Of a stretch of DNA of 64,000 nucleotides, positions 1-11,801 are shown piece by piece. Source of the DNA: Botryllus schlosseri. Lineage: Eukaryota. A program made the translations under genes and the position numbers. Position 1 is the stretch's first letter, and every line of letters begins with the position of its first letter. The DNA lies in assembly GCA_051294905.1 (NCBI GenBank), contig CM119378.1:12834001-12898000 (forward strand). Direction: 5' to 3'. The notes beneath the pieces were generated by a model, which searched no databases, was not told the origin of the DNA, and was given only the letters and a program-made list of their open reading frames with translations.

Positions 1-310
1 AAATATATCAATAAAAAGAAACCAGACTGCAAAAAGATACATGAGAAATTGTCTGTTTTGGTTGCAATACTAGATATACACAGCATTCAACAACCAAATC
101 TAATATTATCCTTAGTATACTATGAGTATAGAGTACGGAACATACATAATGTCACTAAATATATAAAAATACATGAAAAAGCAACAGCGCAAATTAATCA
201 ATACTCATCCAAGATATATTCTTAATGCCGGTTTATAATGGCGAGTGGCGTATCATGTTAGCAATTTTGCAGTGCCAAAAGCCCTACTGATCCCCGATTT
301 GTCATGACAG

Positions 311-3300
311 GGCCAGTCTAGACGCATTCAAATCACAGTCAAGACCATACCCGATTCCGGGACCCTGCCTCTGCTAATCGAGGGCGTTCAGCGTGTGTAC
401 GCGGGCAGCGTGCAATCCGGAAAGGACATATCCGACGGGTGAGAAGGTTTTACTGAAGTCGAGTTTTTGACATTCAATGAAATGACGGTTTCGTTTTACA
501 GCAATATTGACAGTTACCAAGACAAAGACCTGTTGGATTTGCGAGAGTGCTGGCTCGGAATCTTGGAACGGCGGAAGCAGTATTTAGATGACGAAATGAA
601 AAGATTGGCGAATAAAGGTGCGTGGCTTTTTCATTCTGGCGGAAGTGTGTGGGGGAGAAATGTAATGTTAGTTTATGTTCATGCTGACGTAAAGTGTAAT
701 TACCGTTTACAATGGGAAAATAAGGCCTGTCTAGAGGTGGTCACAGTAGCCAACGTTGGTACTCAAGTAAATCAGTGCCCTGAATTTCTGCCCAATTGCA
801 AGTAGAAGTAAGTAACTATATCTAAAACATGTCAAAACTACTTCAAGTGGTGGTATAAAATGAAGATCTGACAAGTAACCATGTTGTTTGAAAAAGTAGA
901 TTTGATCGATGGGTTGCATAATGCATATGCATACTTTAGCGGTTAATCGCTACTTTCAAAAGGCAGGCACATTACGGCGACTAACACAAAGTGACACTGT
1001 AAATCGGTGCAATTTTCAAAAATATATTCAGCTATCGTGACACAGTCTGTTTCGCCAGTTTTTATGATGCTTTTCTCATATAAGTGATCCAATCATCCCT
1101 AAACTACTTTCTACTGTACAAAATCCGAAGTTTAAAAACGTGGTTTTGCCTAATTGATCTGTGAAGCAGCAGTGGCCGTAATCTCAAAACGTAACTTAAC
1201 GTCTGAACAGGCCCTTAGCAGTGGATGGCGCTCTATTCGCACGCAACAAATTACGATTATCTCTCTTTCACAGTTAATAAGAATCTCTTGGAGCAAGAAC
1301 GTGAATCGCGCCTGTTCGATCAGTGGCTGAATCTGACCGAAGAGCGCGGGGCGCTGGCCAACCCCCAGCCGGGCATCCCCGGCGCGCCCGCCACTTGGCA
1401 GCCGTCTGATCTGATGGAGATGCACGTGCCTATTCTGTTTTTGGATACGGGAAGTGAGTTGTTTTGTTTATTGCACACACAAAATATGTCGGCGCACGCT
1501 GGCTTTTTAGGGGTCGATCCTATTCATAGTCGCACGATACACATGCTAGTCACAACTCTGTAGTAATTTCAGTACATACCTACTGACATATTCAAGGAAT
1601 TTAATAAGAGGCAATTTGCCATTCTACTTTGTAGTTGTGCAGTAAGCATGTGAAACTTGATCGTCGCTGTACTGATGTTCAGAACCTCTATAGGCTTCGC
1701 TGGCTAATGAACAATGAATAATTAAATAATTCTCTCTGCCAGACGAAGTCAGGGAAAACGAATTCGACATCGCAGCCAGGGGTCACGACAGCTACCTGAC
1801 CGGGGAGTTACCAGGGTCTTACGTGGAACTGCCTATTATTCGAGCGACAGCCGACGAGGTAAGTCCGGGGGGGGGGGGTATAGGGTTTCGAGAGCTTGTT
1901 TCGAAACCAGTTTTGCATTGTACATCACAGATGCATTCGCGACTGGACGCCGTCGTGTCTTGGGACTCTTCTTTGCACGACTCCGCGTTTTTACATATGG
2001 TCACGCCTTCGAACGAGCAAATTTACGTGATTCTCAAGGTATCGTAATGTTTTTGCCAAAGGAGTTTCGTTGACCCGATATTTTCAATCGTATTAGCCCA
2101 AAATCGAAATTGCTAGTTGGTGTTCGTCGTGTGATGCTACAACACCCGCGCCATACTCCTGATTATATCGAGTCTTGTACTCTGATTTCATAATGCAATC
2201 GGTACTTCTCGACAGCCCGCTTTCCCCTAAATACCTGGAGATACGAAATTCTTTTTCTTGTACTCTCGTGATGATGACCTCATTAGTAATTCTTGTGTTA
2301 ACAAACCAGTTGAATTGGAAATAATTATCACAAAATATATTTGGGAAATGCGTCCCTGATGATAAATATAGTGTTGCTCAATCCTACAAATTATGCCACT
2401 ATGTAATCGGAGTAACCGGTATCGGCTACTTGTTACGCAGAAACGCTTAATGTAAATCGATGGCGCGGTAAAGAAATTCTAGTCGCCAAAGCACTTCACT
2501 GTATCCCCGAGTGTCATGTTATACGCGGAAATTAGTCAGTAAGTCACCTAGGCATATTTTGGACAAAATCCCCATAGAGTCTATTTTTCACCAGGTGCAT
2601 CTGCGCTTGAGCCACCCGCAAGAAATGGACGTCGTGGTCCGAAAGCGCATCTGTCTCTCGATCTACAAGCAACGGGGCTTCACGGCGCTGTTCCGGAGAC
2701 GCGTGTCCGTACGGGTGGGTAGCTTTTGCCGTTCGCCTGCGGAAGGGCGATGGTCAATTGTAGTCTCGTTGCTTTTTGTAGAGCCCTGTCTCGTCTGGCG
2801 TGACGTACGAAGTGATATCGAGCGTGCCGTTGTCGTCGCAGGAAAACGAGGACCAGGAGTCGTTGGCCATCATGGCGGCATCTGGCGTCGAGAATAATGT
2901 GAGAATGTCGTCGAGTGCTTTAGGGCCCTTCACACTGAGAGTTTTATCGACGAAAAATGTAGTTTCGATACTTTCTTTCACTGTAGTTGCCTCAAAACTT
3001 TGGTTGTTTGTAAAACATATCGCGCGAAGCTACTTGTGTCCGTTGAAGTATAGATAACTAACCTACGGAAAGATACGCAACACCCGTCGTCACCCTTGCT
3101 TGCCCAGAGGTAATTAATGCTCGGCAATCCGAACGCAGTATAACTGATAATCCCATAGCTGACGACCCAAGCGCTCAAATTTGGTAAAGTTGATCTTATT
3201 TGAAAGCTACTGTCGCGCTGATTCTGAAAATATACATCGAAATTTCATCGAGGCAATGAAACGATGCCGAAATAGCCTTCGAAGTTAGAAAATCGGCAAT

Positions 3301-4071
3301 GTTCCAAGCAATCGCAGCGACGCAGCACAATGAACATAACAATGGCCATTGCGTGCTTGCGACCGTTCAGAACAATGCCGATTTTCATACTTTGAGGTGT
3401 ATTTCAAAGGGGTTCCATTGCCCTGATCAGATTTTACTGTATATTTTCGGAATCAGTGTGACAGTAGCTTTCAAACAAGATAAACTTTATTCAATTTGAG
3501 CGCTAGGATCATCAGCTATGGGATTAGCAATTCAGTTGCGTTCAGGATGCTGAGCAGTCTGGGCAAGCGAGCGTGACGACGGGTGTTGCGTATCTATCCG
3601 TCGGTTAGTTATCTGTAGTCACTGTAAAATAGTCGTGGTCGAAAAGCACAAATTTATTTTCCACGAATTGTGTCGCTGGCCTTGTTTCCCTTGTATCCTC
3701 AAAGAATAGGTTTTTGAACTTTCCAGGTCATTATTACCGTTATGACATTGTGATATGCGTTATTCTAATAGTCAACTCGGCAGAGATAAGAGCGGATTCG
3801 GATTTGGAAAAAAAAACGTTGAGATTTGAGATCTAAATCCATGTTTATCTCTGAGCTTTGACTTCACCCATAGTTTTTTTTCTTCCTAATCTCTAATTTA
3901 CTTCAATCTCAGGACAACGACGACGACACGGAGGACGTCCCATCGCGCGCCAAAAACCCGTTTGACCTCTACGTGACGCGTTCGATGAAAAGCGTCGACG
4001 ACATATTGTCTCTGGACCGGATACGGCAGCAAGTAACGTTGCGCGAATTGATCCACAAATTTAAAAATAAG
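311..4071 (+). CDS. KIF13: Kinesin-3 family KIF13A/B-like motor, 3' (tail) exons; gene starts upstream of the window
   Basis: Phase-compatible GT-AG exons 311-438, 502-617, 1274-1453, 1743-1858, 1931-2038, 2595-2714, 2782-2898 and 3913-4071. They splice to GQSRRIQITVKTIPDSGTLPLL...IDSYQDKDL..LERRKQYLDDEMKRL..QWLNLTEER...PGIPGAPATW..MEMHVPILFLD..SWDSSLHDS..LSHPQEMDVVVRKRICLSIY..VTYEVISSVP..ILSLDRIRQQVTLRE, which matches KIF13 tail motifs as I recall them. Exons after 4071 are uncertain. Confidence 0.9.
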
Positions 4072-4350
4072 GTACGCCCGTCGAATTGTTCTCTTTGTTT
4101 TTGCACGCAGCTGCGTATGTGCGAGCGGTCCGCGGGTGAGATGCTTTGTAAGTGATGTCGGTGTCGTGTTGATGTGTGACTCCCAGCGATGATGACCGTG
4201 AGAACACGTCTGGTGCCGTTGTTGCCAGTGAATTCAGCACTGGGTGAATTAGGCACTTGGAAGTCCATAATCCAAACCTGGTCCTTCGCTAGCCCTAAAT
4301 TCCAACCCAAAATCAATAATGCATCTATAGTAAGTTCCAAGTGTCGTATC

Positions 4351-4882
4351 CAAGGCTGTAACCAAGTCACAAGTCAATTATAGTTTATAGTTTTGACTCG
4401 AGTCACTTTCAATTCACCACCGACTCGAGTCCGAGTCCAAGTCAGCTGGTAGAGGGTCGAGTCTGAGTCATTATGTTCGCTGTTTCGTTTTCAGTTCAGT
4501 CCCGTTCACCCCACTTTTTTCAACTCTTTGAGTGATATAGATAATATAATGGCTCGCAGTCATAATATTGTAGTTTTTCTCAGTCTTAAACAGTTTCTGG
4601 CCCTATTTTCCAATATCAGGACTGATAGAGGAAATACCAATAATATGGTACCTTTACTGTTTCAAAGTTACAACGAAATGTCAGTCTTGGCCGTCCCTGT
4701 CTCGAGTCAATATGACTTGGTTAGAGTCATTCACAATGACTTACAATGACTCGAGTACAAGTCAAGTCAACACACAAATTGACTCCAGTCGAGCAATATT
4801 ATGCATTTGAAAAATAGACTCAACTCAAGACGAGTCACCAAAAATCGCGACCAGAGTCATGACTCGAGTCATTACAACCCTG
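4351..4882. mobile_element. Non-autonomous hAT-like MITE, family A (CAGGGTTGTAA-type TIRs, many GACTCGAGTC subterminal repeats)
   Basis: Ends are caaggctgtaa and ttacaaccctg. The same family occurs at 34220-34682 and 41386-42230. TSD is only partial. Confidence 0.75.
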
Positions 4883-6409
4883 TCGTAAACCACAATTCAT
4901 ATTCAGTCGCACATTGATTTTTGAATTTATTAATACAGTATTGACAGATTGTTCTCATAATAATTCCAAGTGTTGAATTCACTGGTAAGCGGTGTCGTCT
5001 ATTAAAATTGCCTGTGCAGTTTGTTGTGGTCGTGTGATGTGCAGAGCCGGTCAAAGTGGTCAATGCGGGTGGAGGTGGTCAGTAGTGAACTACTCCTTCC
5101 TTTTTGATAGTACTCAAGTAGCTTTTGCCTGCTTGCACTACTTTCCCAAGTGGTTATATGTTTTTAGATTACTTCTACTTGAACAGTTGATTTGGCAAAC
5201 TACTTGTTGTAAGACCCGCATGAAATAGCCCCTTATCAAAGTGAATCAATCCTCTTGATATGGTCATTAGTCTTGCAGTTTTCATGGTTGGCACCTCAAC
5301 CAAATCAACCACAGCCATTAGCACTTTGCAGACTTTTCAATTTCTAAGTCCACTGAAGTAGAATTTTTGAAATCTCTTTTTATTGCGGCATTACATCTAC
5401 TCAAGTGGAAGTGCTGACTGCCTTGACCACCTCGGGACTGGTGTTATCTTTGTAATACGCTGACGCGGCAATTTCTTTTGTTCAGAAAACTCAGAAAAAG
5501 CCTAGCAGGTGACAGAACGCGAAAAACAGCCCCCCCGAGTCCGCGGCAAGTGTTGTTTAACGATTACCGATTTCATATCCCTTCTTCTTGTTTGTTTCGC
5601 GCTGTCTACCGAACCGCATCGTAGCGGCGGTATTACTCCATCATGAATTGTTTTCTTTTATCGCTTTTTCTATTTATCATGCGTAGGCCTAGTTGTGAAG
5701 CCGCGCGATTCACACTACGTGAATGCTAGTATCATGTTGCTGGTTGTAGAAAGGACTCGTCTCAGTATATGCTCCAATCGCTTTGTTTCTCTTATGTTCG
5801 CAAACGCATGCCGTGCTGATGTCTACTTTTTATCCCATTTTTACCAAAGGTTTTGTTGAACTAGTGTTGTTCTGTGTTGCACAGAAACTCGACGAACTTC
5901 GGTACCATGTCCCGTTGCTCTCTGTGTTATAATCTATGTGCCCTAATTTTACCGTTTTGATGTATAGGGACGAGTCACATTGACCTATGACCGAAGTCGA
6001 TCAAATGCCACATATAGTATTTGTCTTTGAAGAGGTACAGCTTCCCTTGAAATTTGCAGGCCCTGTCGAAGTTCCCAGATGCGGAGATGGGCAAGTGTGG
6101 AATCATGATCCATCGTACAGTACGCACATTAAACCCTGCTATATCGCAGTCCCGTTATTGGCTGTAGAGTAACTCAAAATATCAATTTTCCCTGGTGTTA
6201 AGATCTTAAGGCACCTTCCCATATTTCAAAGGGCTGGTAGACAAAGGCCTTGCTCAAACACTAGGTTGTCTCTGACTTTCGGAAGTTATAGCTGGTTATT
6301 TTTAACTCCTAGACAATGTATGGGTTTAAACACTACGTTGTCCCTCTGGGTTTTGAAGCTGTAACTAGTATTTTAAATCCAGTAGCAGGTGCAGTATAGT
6401 TTGCGTTTT

Positions 6410-8243
6410 CTAGTTACTATTGCTTTTTATTTCATTCGATTGCCTGATGTGGTAGGATTTGCAAGATGCTTCGAACACAAGTGTTGTCTCCTGTAATTTG
6501 ATCATTCTCTTTTCAAGAAAGTCCTTTGACATCAAAATTTTGCCTGCCTCTGCGTTTGGAGCCAGGTGTCGACTTGCGTCGCTTATATAGCACGCAAGGG
6601 GATGCCGACAGCTTCTAGCCATATAATTATTGTCTTTACCCCAAGTTTGTCGACTGGTTAAGTATGCAATAATTTTGTTTCATTATTTCGACCTTGAATT
6701 TTCACTGCTATTGCCGGTCTGGTTCAGAATAATTTCTAGTTGCAATGCCATCATGAATTATGATATTGTGGTACTGGATGTCCCAACGCCAGTATTGACG
6801 GTTCGGTCTCCATGTCTGTAATGTAAGTAACAGTGGATAGACTCGCGCTGCCTGTTTATCTTGATCGTGGCTGAATCTAGAAATCAGTGATTTCCAGGAT
6901 TGTTATCTAATCTAAGCCATCAAAATGATGTGGTGGTGCTATTCTCTCTGAATTACGACTCGCCATTGCTTCTGTATAATGTTTCTGCGCTAATGACGTC
7001 TGATGTGCCTAACGAAGACTGTGACGTAACTGCGCATTTTATTTTTCTCGAAGAGTTCTATATTATATTGTTATAATATTTAGTTGTCCGTTGCCAGCTG
7101 AAATTATGCGCTTCTATTTTTTCAGTTTCATTCATGGCTCGTCAAAAATGTTTCATGTCGGGTAACTTTGAAAAGAATAAAATGAATGGGTTTGCTGCCA
7201 TCGCTATTCTGTCTCTAGTTAGCTAGCTAATGAACTGGATCAGTGATTATTAACGCAGTAACTGGATATATTTTTGAACTCTAAATTTGCAGTGTCTTTA
7301 GTGACTAAAGTAGCCGACACGGCCCACAGTCCGAATCTACTTTTGAAATTGCCTGCTTGAGTGCTTTTCAGCTATTTCCACTTGAAGTAGCTTTGACTTT
7401 CATAAGTCGCCACTTCTACTGCTGTCATAAGTCGCCACTTCTACTGCTGATCAAGTAAAAAAATTCTGAAGTAACAATCGTTGTGCTACAATCCTACGTT
7501 TTCACGGCTGTCCGAGCACGCCATACTTCGAATTAGGTTTATTTCTCGCACCTGTTCAGGAAGACTGAGGATTTGAAAACTGCATTGTTATACTCTTGCC
7601 ACCAATCAATCAATGTATCATGCAAAAATTAAGCCTTCACGGCATGCGATGTATCGGGTACAGTAAATTCGCGGGGAGGATTTAGTTGCGGGCTTGACAG
7701 TAATTTTGATTTTGGGTATATACAAACTTCATATCGAGCTCGACCGATTATAATTGATCGTTTGCTATAGAAGACTGGAAAAATTTTCTAAGCTCTTTTG
7801 CGGCATGCTTGCGACTGTTTTCTATCATTCGTTAGGTAACGGAGGAATGTAGGACATGTCTACTCGAATGAAAATTTGTTCGTCCAGAATTTGGAAGATT
7901 TCGAAAATGCTACATTATAAAGGCTCAATGTGCAGAACAAAACACCAGTGAGCGTTAAAGAGCTCACAGAAAAGTCAAATATTTTGCACAATCATTTGGA
8001 TGGCAGAATACCTTCCTAGAAGGTACCTTCTAGCATATTCACAGCTTCCTTTCTTCAACTGCTGTTACTTCCTCTGCTGCCAAGCCCTTTCAATTTCGTT
8101 GACTGTGGTTTCGGCTTGTGTGTGATATGTAGCCTTTTGAATACACCGAGTTGCTTTCTTCCTTGGTGTCGAGGACGACAAGATCTACAAATTGACAGAG
8201 CTTCATATTGGCCATCCCATGAATGGCAGCATGTTGGCCTATT
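6410..8243 (-). pseudogene. Decayed catalytic/C-terminal region of a hAT-like transposase, downstream of ORF copy 1
   Basis: A frameshifted IH-W-DG-like motif (attcatgggatggcc on - strand) lies just after the ORF stop. A C-terminal remnant HLAPNAEAGKILMSKDFLEKRMIKLQ (6410-6622) resembles the VxNDxAERGxxLxxxF motif. Many stops and frameshifts. A possible TAGGG-type terminus lies near 5965. Confidence 0.55.
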
Positions 8244-9149
8244 TTATGCAGACTTCTCTGAAATTTCACGAGATATTTCGAGACGGCGAGGCTTCGCTTT
8301 ACGGGGTCTCTTCGTTGAAGATCTTGACAGATCGAACATGGTTATATCTCCTTCACAAGCCTTAATAAATGCTCCCATCAGCATCGTTGCCTGATTGTCT
8401 GTTAGTCGTAATTGATCTAGAGCTTGGGAAACGTGGGCGTTTTTCATGATATTTTTAGGAGCCATGAGTTTAATGCGTTGTGTAGAAGAGCCAATAGCAA
8501 CAGCATCGTCAGAACCCACATTATAACCTTCTTTTGAAAATGATGATGAGGCAGAATCATATGTCATATCTTTATCAGCTATCCCGTCAATGGATACTGC
8601 TTTGTTCTTGATGTCTTTAGCCAGTATCTTGTCACCTCCCAACATCGTTGACTTGCGAGATCGGCGTTGATCTTCATAGAACTCAATGTCTTTGAGCTTT
8701 TTTTCCTGTGAAAGATTAATGTCATTTTCTATTATTGCAATCGCATCTTTTCTTCCAATATCCCATAACTTATCTAGAACATCCTGAAATTTTTTTCTCT
8801 CTCCCTTTGGATCACTCGCCCGTGCAGAACTCATCTTCAAATCAAGCCATTTTCGGTGCCGTTTTAAAAGTAATGTCACCGCATGTCCTTTAGGTATTGT
8901 CGCAATTCCCGCTGTTTTCCACACCGTCATCACATCATCCACCGCTGCATTCAATAGCTCACGTGTAGGGGTTGATTGACGACAATTTTCCTTCAGATGC
9001 AGCAAGTAACTCATTACGTCCCGTAAAGTAGGTAATTTAGAGTCACTGATATAATCGCAAGCATATCCGATCAAGAAATACTGCCGAGATTGCGATCTAT
9101 TTCGCGGCTGCTGCAAGTGCTCAATCTTTTGCCGTTTTGCCTCCGCCAT
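8244..9149 (-). CDS. Transposase-derived N-terminal-domain protein, copy 1 (301 aa)
   Basis: Intact ATG-to-stop ORF. Motifs FLIGY..I...KLPT..DV, V..VW..AGI.T, F...LD.LWDI...DA...I, DIEFYEDQR and LDQL.LTD.QA..L..A...A..GD....LS resemble N-termini of large invertebrate hAT-like transposases. Confidence 0.7.
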   Translation of the reverse strand: MAEAKRQKIEHLQQPRNRSQSRQYFLIGYACDYISDSKLPTLRDVMSYLLHLKENCRQSTPTRELLNAAVDDVMTVWKTAGIATIPKGHAVTLLLKRHRKWLDLKMSSARASDPKGERKKFQDVLDKLWDIGRKDAIAIIENDINLSQEKKLKDIEFYEDQRRSRKSTMLGGDKILAKDIKNKAVSIDGIADKDMTYDSASSSFSKEGYNVGSDDAVAIGSSTQRIKLMAPKNIMKNAHVSQALDQLRLTDNQATMLMGAFIKACEGDITMFDLSRSSTKRPRKAKPRRLEISREISEKSA

Positions 9150-9329
9150 CCCTGCAATATTGTCGGCTTGTCGCTATAACATTCGATAGCTACACAAGCA
9201 CAGTTGTTACAATAAGTCTTTAGCAAAGCAAATCAATCAAATCAGCCAGTCGCCACCGTAATGATTGAAGCTTAACTGACAGTAATGTACTCTCCGTTTT
9301 AGGCTACTCGCCCGAAATTTGATTTGTTC

Positions 9330-10024
9330 ATAGAGTAGTCAGAACTCGGAACAACTTCGTAATGTCTGTTGTAGGTTTAACGTAGTCTGAAAATAGTACA
9401 AGAGGCATTACAAAAAACCTATATACGCTGCACAGTACAGAACATAAATAATTACATGATAGTCGTGCAATTGCCAAGAAATCCGATTGCTGGTCTTGGT
9501 CAGGTAACAGAGGGGTATAAGGACATGTCACTTCGAATGGATTGAAATTTGTTTATTCAGCGTATTAAATGTGATGTGTGGACTGTGGGATGCTGATTTG
9601 GGGCTTGTCCAATATTTGGAAGATTTCAAAAATGCTACGTTGTAAAGGCTCATTCTGCATAAAATTAAACATCAATGAGCGTCAAATAGCTCACAGTAAA
9701 GTCACTAACATTTCACGCAAAGTATTTGAATGCCAGGACACCTTCCCTGAAGGTCTTCTAGCATGTTCAGAGCTCTCTTCCTCAGCTGTTGTTACTTGCT
9801 CTGCTGTCAAAAACCAATGCTGTTACAGCATGTCGTATATCCCACTTACAATTTGCTGCCGGTGGTTTTAGCTTGCGTGTGACCTGTAGCCTTTTGCATC
9901 TTTTGAATACACCAAGTAGCTTTCCTTCTTTGTGTTGAGGATGACAAGACAGAGTAATTGACATAGCTTCATATCGCATGAATGGCGGCATGTTGGACTA
10001 TTTTATGCAAACTTTTGCGAAATT
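9330..10024 (-). pseudogene. Frameshifted partial DDE core following ORF copy 2
   Basis: Remnants LSCHPQHKEGKLLGVFKR and KWDIRHAVTALVFDSRASNNS (9782-9991) resemble the transposase segments EKLLGVPK and W....V.AM.FDTTASNTG. Frames are broken. Confidence 0.65.
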
Positions 10025-10918
10025 TCATGGGATAATTTCAAGACGGCTAGGCTTTGTTTTCCTGGCTCGCTTCGTTGAAGGTTTTGACAGATCAAACATG
10101 GTTATATCTCCTTCACAAGCCTTAATAAATGCTCCCATCAGTATCGTTGCCTGGTTGTCTGTTAGTCCTAACTGATCTAAAGCTTGGGAAACATGGGCAT
10201 TTTTCATGATATTTTTAGGAGCCATCAGTTTAATGCGTTGGGTCGAGGTGGCAAAAGCAACAGTATCGCCAGTACTTAAATTATTACCTTCTTTCGACAA
10301 TGAAGAAGATGCTATTCTAGCAGAGTCATATGCCATATCTTTATCAGCTACCCCGTTAATGGATACAGTTTTCTTCTTGAGGTCTTTTGCCAGAATCTTA
10401 TCTCTTCCTGACATAGTTGACTTGCGAGATTGGCGTTGATCTTCATAGAATTCAATGTCTTCGAGCTTTTTTTCGTGTGAAAGATTAGTGTCATTTTCTA
10501 TTATTGCTATCGCATCTTTTCTTCCAATATCCCATAACTTATCCAAAACTTCCTGAAATTTTTTCCTCTTTCCCTTTGGATCACTTGCCCGTTTAGAATT
10601 CATCTTCAAATCAAGCCAATTTTGGTGCCGTTTTTGAAGTAATGCCACCGCATTTCCTTTAAGTATTGTCGCAATTCCCGCTGTTTTCCACACCGTCATC
10701 ACATCATCCACCACTGCATTCAATAGCTCACGTGTAGGGGTTGATTGACGACAATTTTTCTTCAGATGCAGCAAGTAACTCATTACGTCCCGTAAAGTAG
10801 GTAATTTAGAGTCACTGATATAATCGCAAGCATATCCGATCAAGAAATGCTGCTGAGATTGAGATCTATTTCGGGGCTGCTGCAAGTGCTCAATCTTTTG
10901 CCGTTTTGCCTCCGCCAT
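10025..10918 (-). CDS. Transposase-derived N-terminal-domain protein, copy 2 (297 aa, chimeric)
   Basis: Intact ORF paralogous to copies 1 and 3. Start codon is 1769 bp from that of copy 1. Confidence 0.7.
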   Translation of the reverse strand: MAEAKRQKIEHLQQPRNRSQSQQHFLIGYACDYISDSKLPTLRDVMSYLLHLKKNCRQSTPTRELLNAVVDDVMTVWKTAGIATILKGNAVALLQKRHQNWLDLKMNSKRASDPKGKRKKFQEVLDKLWDIGRKDAIAIIENDTNLSHEKKLEDIEFYEDQRQSRKSTMSGRDKILAKDLKKKTVSINGVADKDMAYDSARIASSSLSKEGNNLSTGDTVAFATSTQRIKLMAPKNIMKNAHVSQALDQLGLTDNQATILMGAFIKACEGDITMFDLSKPSTKRARKTKPSRLEIIP

Positions 10919-11096
10919 CCCTGCAATATTGTCGCCTTGTCGCTATAACATTCGATAGTTACACAAGCACAGTTGTTACAATAAAGTCTTTAGCAAAGCA
11001 AATCAATCAAATCAGCCAATCGCCACCGTAATGATTGAAGCTTAACTGACAGTAACGTACGCTCTGTTTTAGGCTACTCGCCCGAAATTTGATTTG

Positions 11097-11801
11097 TTCA
11101 TAGAGGAGTCAGAACTCGGAACAACTTCGTAATGTCTGTTGTATGTTTACCGTAATCTGAAAATAGTACAACAGGCATTACAAAAAACCTATATACGCTG
11201 CACAGTACAGAACATAAATAATTACATAATAGTCGTGCAATTGCCAAGATATCCGATCGCTGGTCTTGGTCAATGTTCAGGTAACAGAGGGGCATAAGAT
11301 CATGTCCATTTGAATGGATTAAAATTTGTTTATTCAGCATATTAAATGTGATGTGTGGACTGTGGGATGCTGATTTGGGGCTTGTCCAATATTTGGAAGA
11401 TTTCGAAAATGCTACGTTGTAAAGGCTTATTCTGCATAAAAATAACATCAATGAGCGTCAAATAGCTCACAGAAAAGTCAATAACATTTCACACAAAGTA
11501 TTTGAATGCCAGGACACCTTCCCTGAAGGCCTTCTAGCATCTTCAGAGCTCTCTTCCTCAGCTGCTGTTACTTGCTCTGCTGTCAAAATCCAATGTTGTT
11601 CCAGCATGTCGTATATCCCACTTACAATTATGCTGCCCATGGTTTTAGCTAATGTGTGACCTGTAGCCTTTTGCATCTTTTGAATACACCAAGTAGCTTT
11701 CCTTCTTTGTGTTGAGGATGACAAGACAGAACAAATGACATAGCTTCATATCGCATGAATGGCAGCATGTTTGACTATTTTATACAAACTTCTCCGAGAT
11801 T
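11097..11801 (-). pseudogene. Frameshifted partial DDE core following ORF copy 3
   Basis: Near-duplicate of 9330-10024, differing by non-triplet indels (for example a 7-nt indel near 11273-11280). Confidence 0.65.
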
